Shown: positions 61,765 through 64,000 of the stretch, piece after piece
How positions within the stretch are numbered: the stretch's first letter is position 1
Layout of the letters: every line of letters begins with the position of its first letter
DNA from: Nostoc sp. DedSLP01
Lineage (GTDB): Bacteria; Cyanobacteriota; Cyanobacteriia; Cyanobacteriales; Nostocaceae
NCBI GenBank assembly: GCA_034530875.2
Contig: JAVRCJ020000005.1
Coordinates: 273,903 to 337,902 of the forward strand
DNA length: 64,000 bases
Reading direction: 5' to 3'
Translations under genes and position numbers: made by a program
Notes under the pieces: model-generated
Told to the model about the DNA's origin: nothing
What the model saw: only the letters and a program-made list of their open reading frames with translations
The model's database searches: none

Positions 61765-62535
61765 TTAAGGAAACTTGCGTTCTCGCACTTCTAAAGCATA
61801 ATCTTGCACGGCTTTAGTAATTGTCTCTCGCAAATTGGTGTAAACCTTGGCAAATGGTGGATTCTTCGGTGTCAGACCGAGTACATCTGAGGTAACTAAA
61901 ACTTGGCCGTCACAGTGAGGGCCTGCACCAATACCAATTGTGGGAATGGTAAGTTTTTGTGTAATTTGCATTGCCAAATCTGCGGGTATATGCTCTAACA
62001 ACATGGCAAAAGCGCCGGCTTGTTCGAGAGCGATCGCTTCATTTAAAATTCTCTCGCTGGCTTCTTCGGTTTTACCCTGTTGTCGCAAACCGAGTTGATG
62101 TATTGATTGCGGCGTCAAACCCACATGACCCATAACTGGAATTCCGGCTTGCACCAAACGAGCCACAGTTTCCACCATTTGCGGATAACCACCCTCTAAC
62201 TTCACGCCTTGCGCTCCAGCCTCTTTCAAAACTCTACCAGCTGAATGTATCGCTTGTTCGATGCTTTGTTGATACGTCAAAAACGGTAAATCAACCAGTA
62301 AAAAAGCGCGTTTAACTCCTCGACGTACAGCTTTAGCGTGGTAAATCATCTCATCTAGAGTGATGGGCAGAGTTGTTTCATAGCCTAAAACTACTGCCAG
62401 AGAGTCACCCACCAGGATTAAGTCTACACCAGCTGCGTCGAGGAGTTGGGCGATCGCATAATCCCAGGCGGTCAACGCCACAATTGAACGTCCCTGTTGT
62501 TTCCATTGAATTAATTGCTGGGTAGTAATTGCCAT
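61765..62535 (-). CDS. panB: 3-methyl-2-oxobutanoate hydroxymethyltransferase
   Basis: [43 protein letters not shown]. Confidence 0.97.
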   Translation of the reverse strand: MAITTQQLIQWKQQGRSIVALTAWDYAIAQLLDAAGVDLILVGDSLAVVLGYETTLPITLDEMIYHAKAVRRGVKRAFLLVDLPFLTYQQSIEQAIHSAGRVLKEAGAQGVKLEGGYPQMVETVARLVQAGIPVMGHVGLTPQSIHQLGLRQQGKTEEASERILNEAIALEQAGAFAMLLEHIPADLAMQITQKLTIPTIGIGAGPHCDGQVLVTSDVLGLTPKNPPFAKVYTNLRETITKAVQDYALEVRERKFP

Positions 62536-62565
62536 TTTTCTAGGTAGGGAGTAGGGAGTAGGGAG

Positions 62566-62610
62566 GAGCCACTGCGTTGGGCGGGTTCCCCGACTTGAAG
62601 CAAGTGGCGT
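62566..62610 (-). repeat. 45 bp small dispersed repeat (second copy)
   Basis: Reverse complement ACGCCACTTGCTTCAAGTCGGGGAACCCGCCCAACGCAGTGGCTC, inside an AGGGAGT heptamer array. Confidence 0.8.
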
Positions 62611-62672
62611 TAGGGAATAGGGATTAGGGAGTAGGGAATTTTACCACTCCCCACTCACCAGTCCCTACTCCC

Positions 62673-63779
62673 TCATTTCACGGCGCGACTGAAAGCAAGA
62701 TGGGGTTTTGCACTGTTCATCTTCGGCATTAACCAAGCTAGACCTTCACTAGTACCTATCCACAATTTATTGCCGATATCAGGTGCAAGGGCAAGAATCC
62801 GACTAGAAGGAAGTCCAGCAACTTCAGCGTCTAAGACAGCTCCTGTATTTGGATTTAATCGTAACAAACCATTGTTAGTACCAACCCAGACACTACCATC
62901 TTTTGCAAAACGTACTGCTGTGACATTACGCCCGCGCAGTCGCGTTACAGACCGTAATACTGCGCCAGTTTTCGGGTTAATAACTAACAAATTATTCGGC
63001 ATTCCTGCCCAAATTAACCCTTCTGGACTGATAGCTAAAGCTTGCACAGTTGTTCCCGGTAAATTTGCGATTCGCTTCATAATCTCAGCACTGGCAGTAT
63101 TAACCCGCACTACTCCATCAAGAGTGCCAACCCATAATTGACCGTCAGCATCTAAAGTTAGGGTATTGGCGCTGACACCAGGCAGATTCTTTAATGTTGT
63201 CATAATTAAGCCTTGGTCGGGACTAATTAGGGCTAAACCACTGTCAGTTCCAGCCCACAAATAGCCGCGCTTGTCAACTAACAGCGACAACACCCGTTTA
63301 GAGGGCAAAAATAAATTCTGTGCAGTAATTTCGCTGGTTCGCGGATCTACTCGCATTAGTCCGCCATAACTTCCTACCCACAAACGTCCTACTTTGTCTT
63401 GGGCTAAAGCACCAATGGCAACATTCGGCAAGGTCACACGAGAAACAATCTTGCCAGTTTCCGGGTCAATCCGCGATAGTCCCCGCCAAGAACCTATCCA
63501 AAGATTACCTGTAACATCTGTCAATAAGTTACTCACACGATAATCGGTTTCTGGTGAATTTTCTTGCACTCCCCGTTCATCGGGTAAAGGATCTACTTGC
63601 GGAGGCGGTGGTGAAGATGGGTAAGCTGGAGTTAGATCGGATGATTTAATGTCAGGGGTTTTTTGTGCCCATCCCATACTCGGTAGAGTTATTAACCCCA
63701 GCAAGATTGAAGAAATCAATAAACTAGTACGCTTGCAAAACAATACCACAATGACATTTCCTTTGGAGACACTACCCAT
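62673..63779 (-). CDS. Secreted stand-alone beta-propeller protein (two-component regulator propeller-type repeats)
   Basis: Signal peptide-like N-terminus and about 7 repeats of V..L..D..G.LW.GT..GL. The exact start is uncertain. Confidence 0.8.
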   Translation of the reverse strand: MGSVSKGNVIVVLFCKRTSLLISSILLGLITLPSMGWAQKTPDIKSSDLTPAYPSSPPPPQVDPLPDERGVQENSPETDYRVSNLLTDVTGNLWIGSWRGLSRIDPETGKIVSRVTLPNVAIGALAQDKVGRLWVGSYGGLMRVDPRTSEITAQNLFLPSKRVLSLLVDKRGYLWAGTDSGLALISPDQGLIMTTLKNLPGVSANTLTLDADGQLWVGTLDGVVRVNTASAEIMKRIANLPGTTVQALAISPEGLIWAGMPNNLLVINPKTGAVLRSVTRLRGRNVTAVRFAKDGSVWVGTNNGLLRLNPNTGAVLDAEVAGLPSSRILALAPDIGNKLWIGTSEGLAWLMPKMNSAKPHLAFSRAVK

Positions 63780-64000
63780 AGCCGTTGTCTAAACAGGCTT
63801 TTGGTTAACTTCAGTGTTCCCCTCGCTTCGATTTTTTAAACATTTAGGAATGGGGAGTGGGGAGTCGGGAATGGGGACAATAATTAATAACAGTTCGCCA
63901 TTAGATGAGTTTCTTTGCAGCAAGTCTTTCCCCTCCAGCCTCCCAATCCCTGTTCCCTACCTCCACTCCCTACTCCCCATTCCCCAAACACCATTAATGA

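Overview
This is a chromosomal segment from a filamentous, probably heterocyst-forming (Nostocales-like) cyanobacterium. The evidence is dense HIP1 octamers (GCGATCGC), heptamer STRR arrays, a split DnaE intein, and nblA/nblR, psbZ and petM. Most of the window is housekeeping: phoD, a proA paralogue, tRNA-Gly, ribH, psbZ, a DHH/CBS tRNA nucleotidyltransferase, ABC1 kinase/pphA, nblA, anmK, a folate transporter, nblR, nadK, ycf39, petM, pdxA, hppD, pstSCAB1B2, hemE, ldcA, dnaE-N and panB. The accessory parts are the most interesting. (1) A ~2.6 kb island between pdxA and a HAD hydrolase holds a tiny coupled toxin/immunity-like gene pair, an AlkB-type 2OG-Fe(II) dioxygenase and an intact pC194/pUB110-type rolling-circle Rep. 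(2) An antibiotic-resistance-type ABC-F gene sits next to a truncated Uma2 gene. It has a ~270 nt leader with a Met-Lys-stop uORF, alternative pairings and a terminator, which suggests a ribosome-sensing attenuator. (3) A TPR-CHAT protein lacking its catalytic His lies beside a short paralogue made only of its N-terminal module. (4) There is a Zn-ribbon-NYN-LOTUS-like fusion. (5) Several MITEs and small dispersed repeats occur, some inserted in frame in enzymes. No CRISPR array or rRNA was seen. All calls come from reading motifs by eye; no database searches were run.
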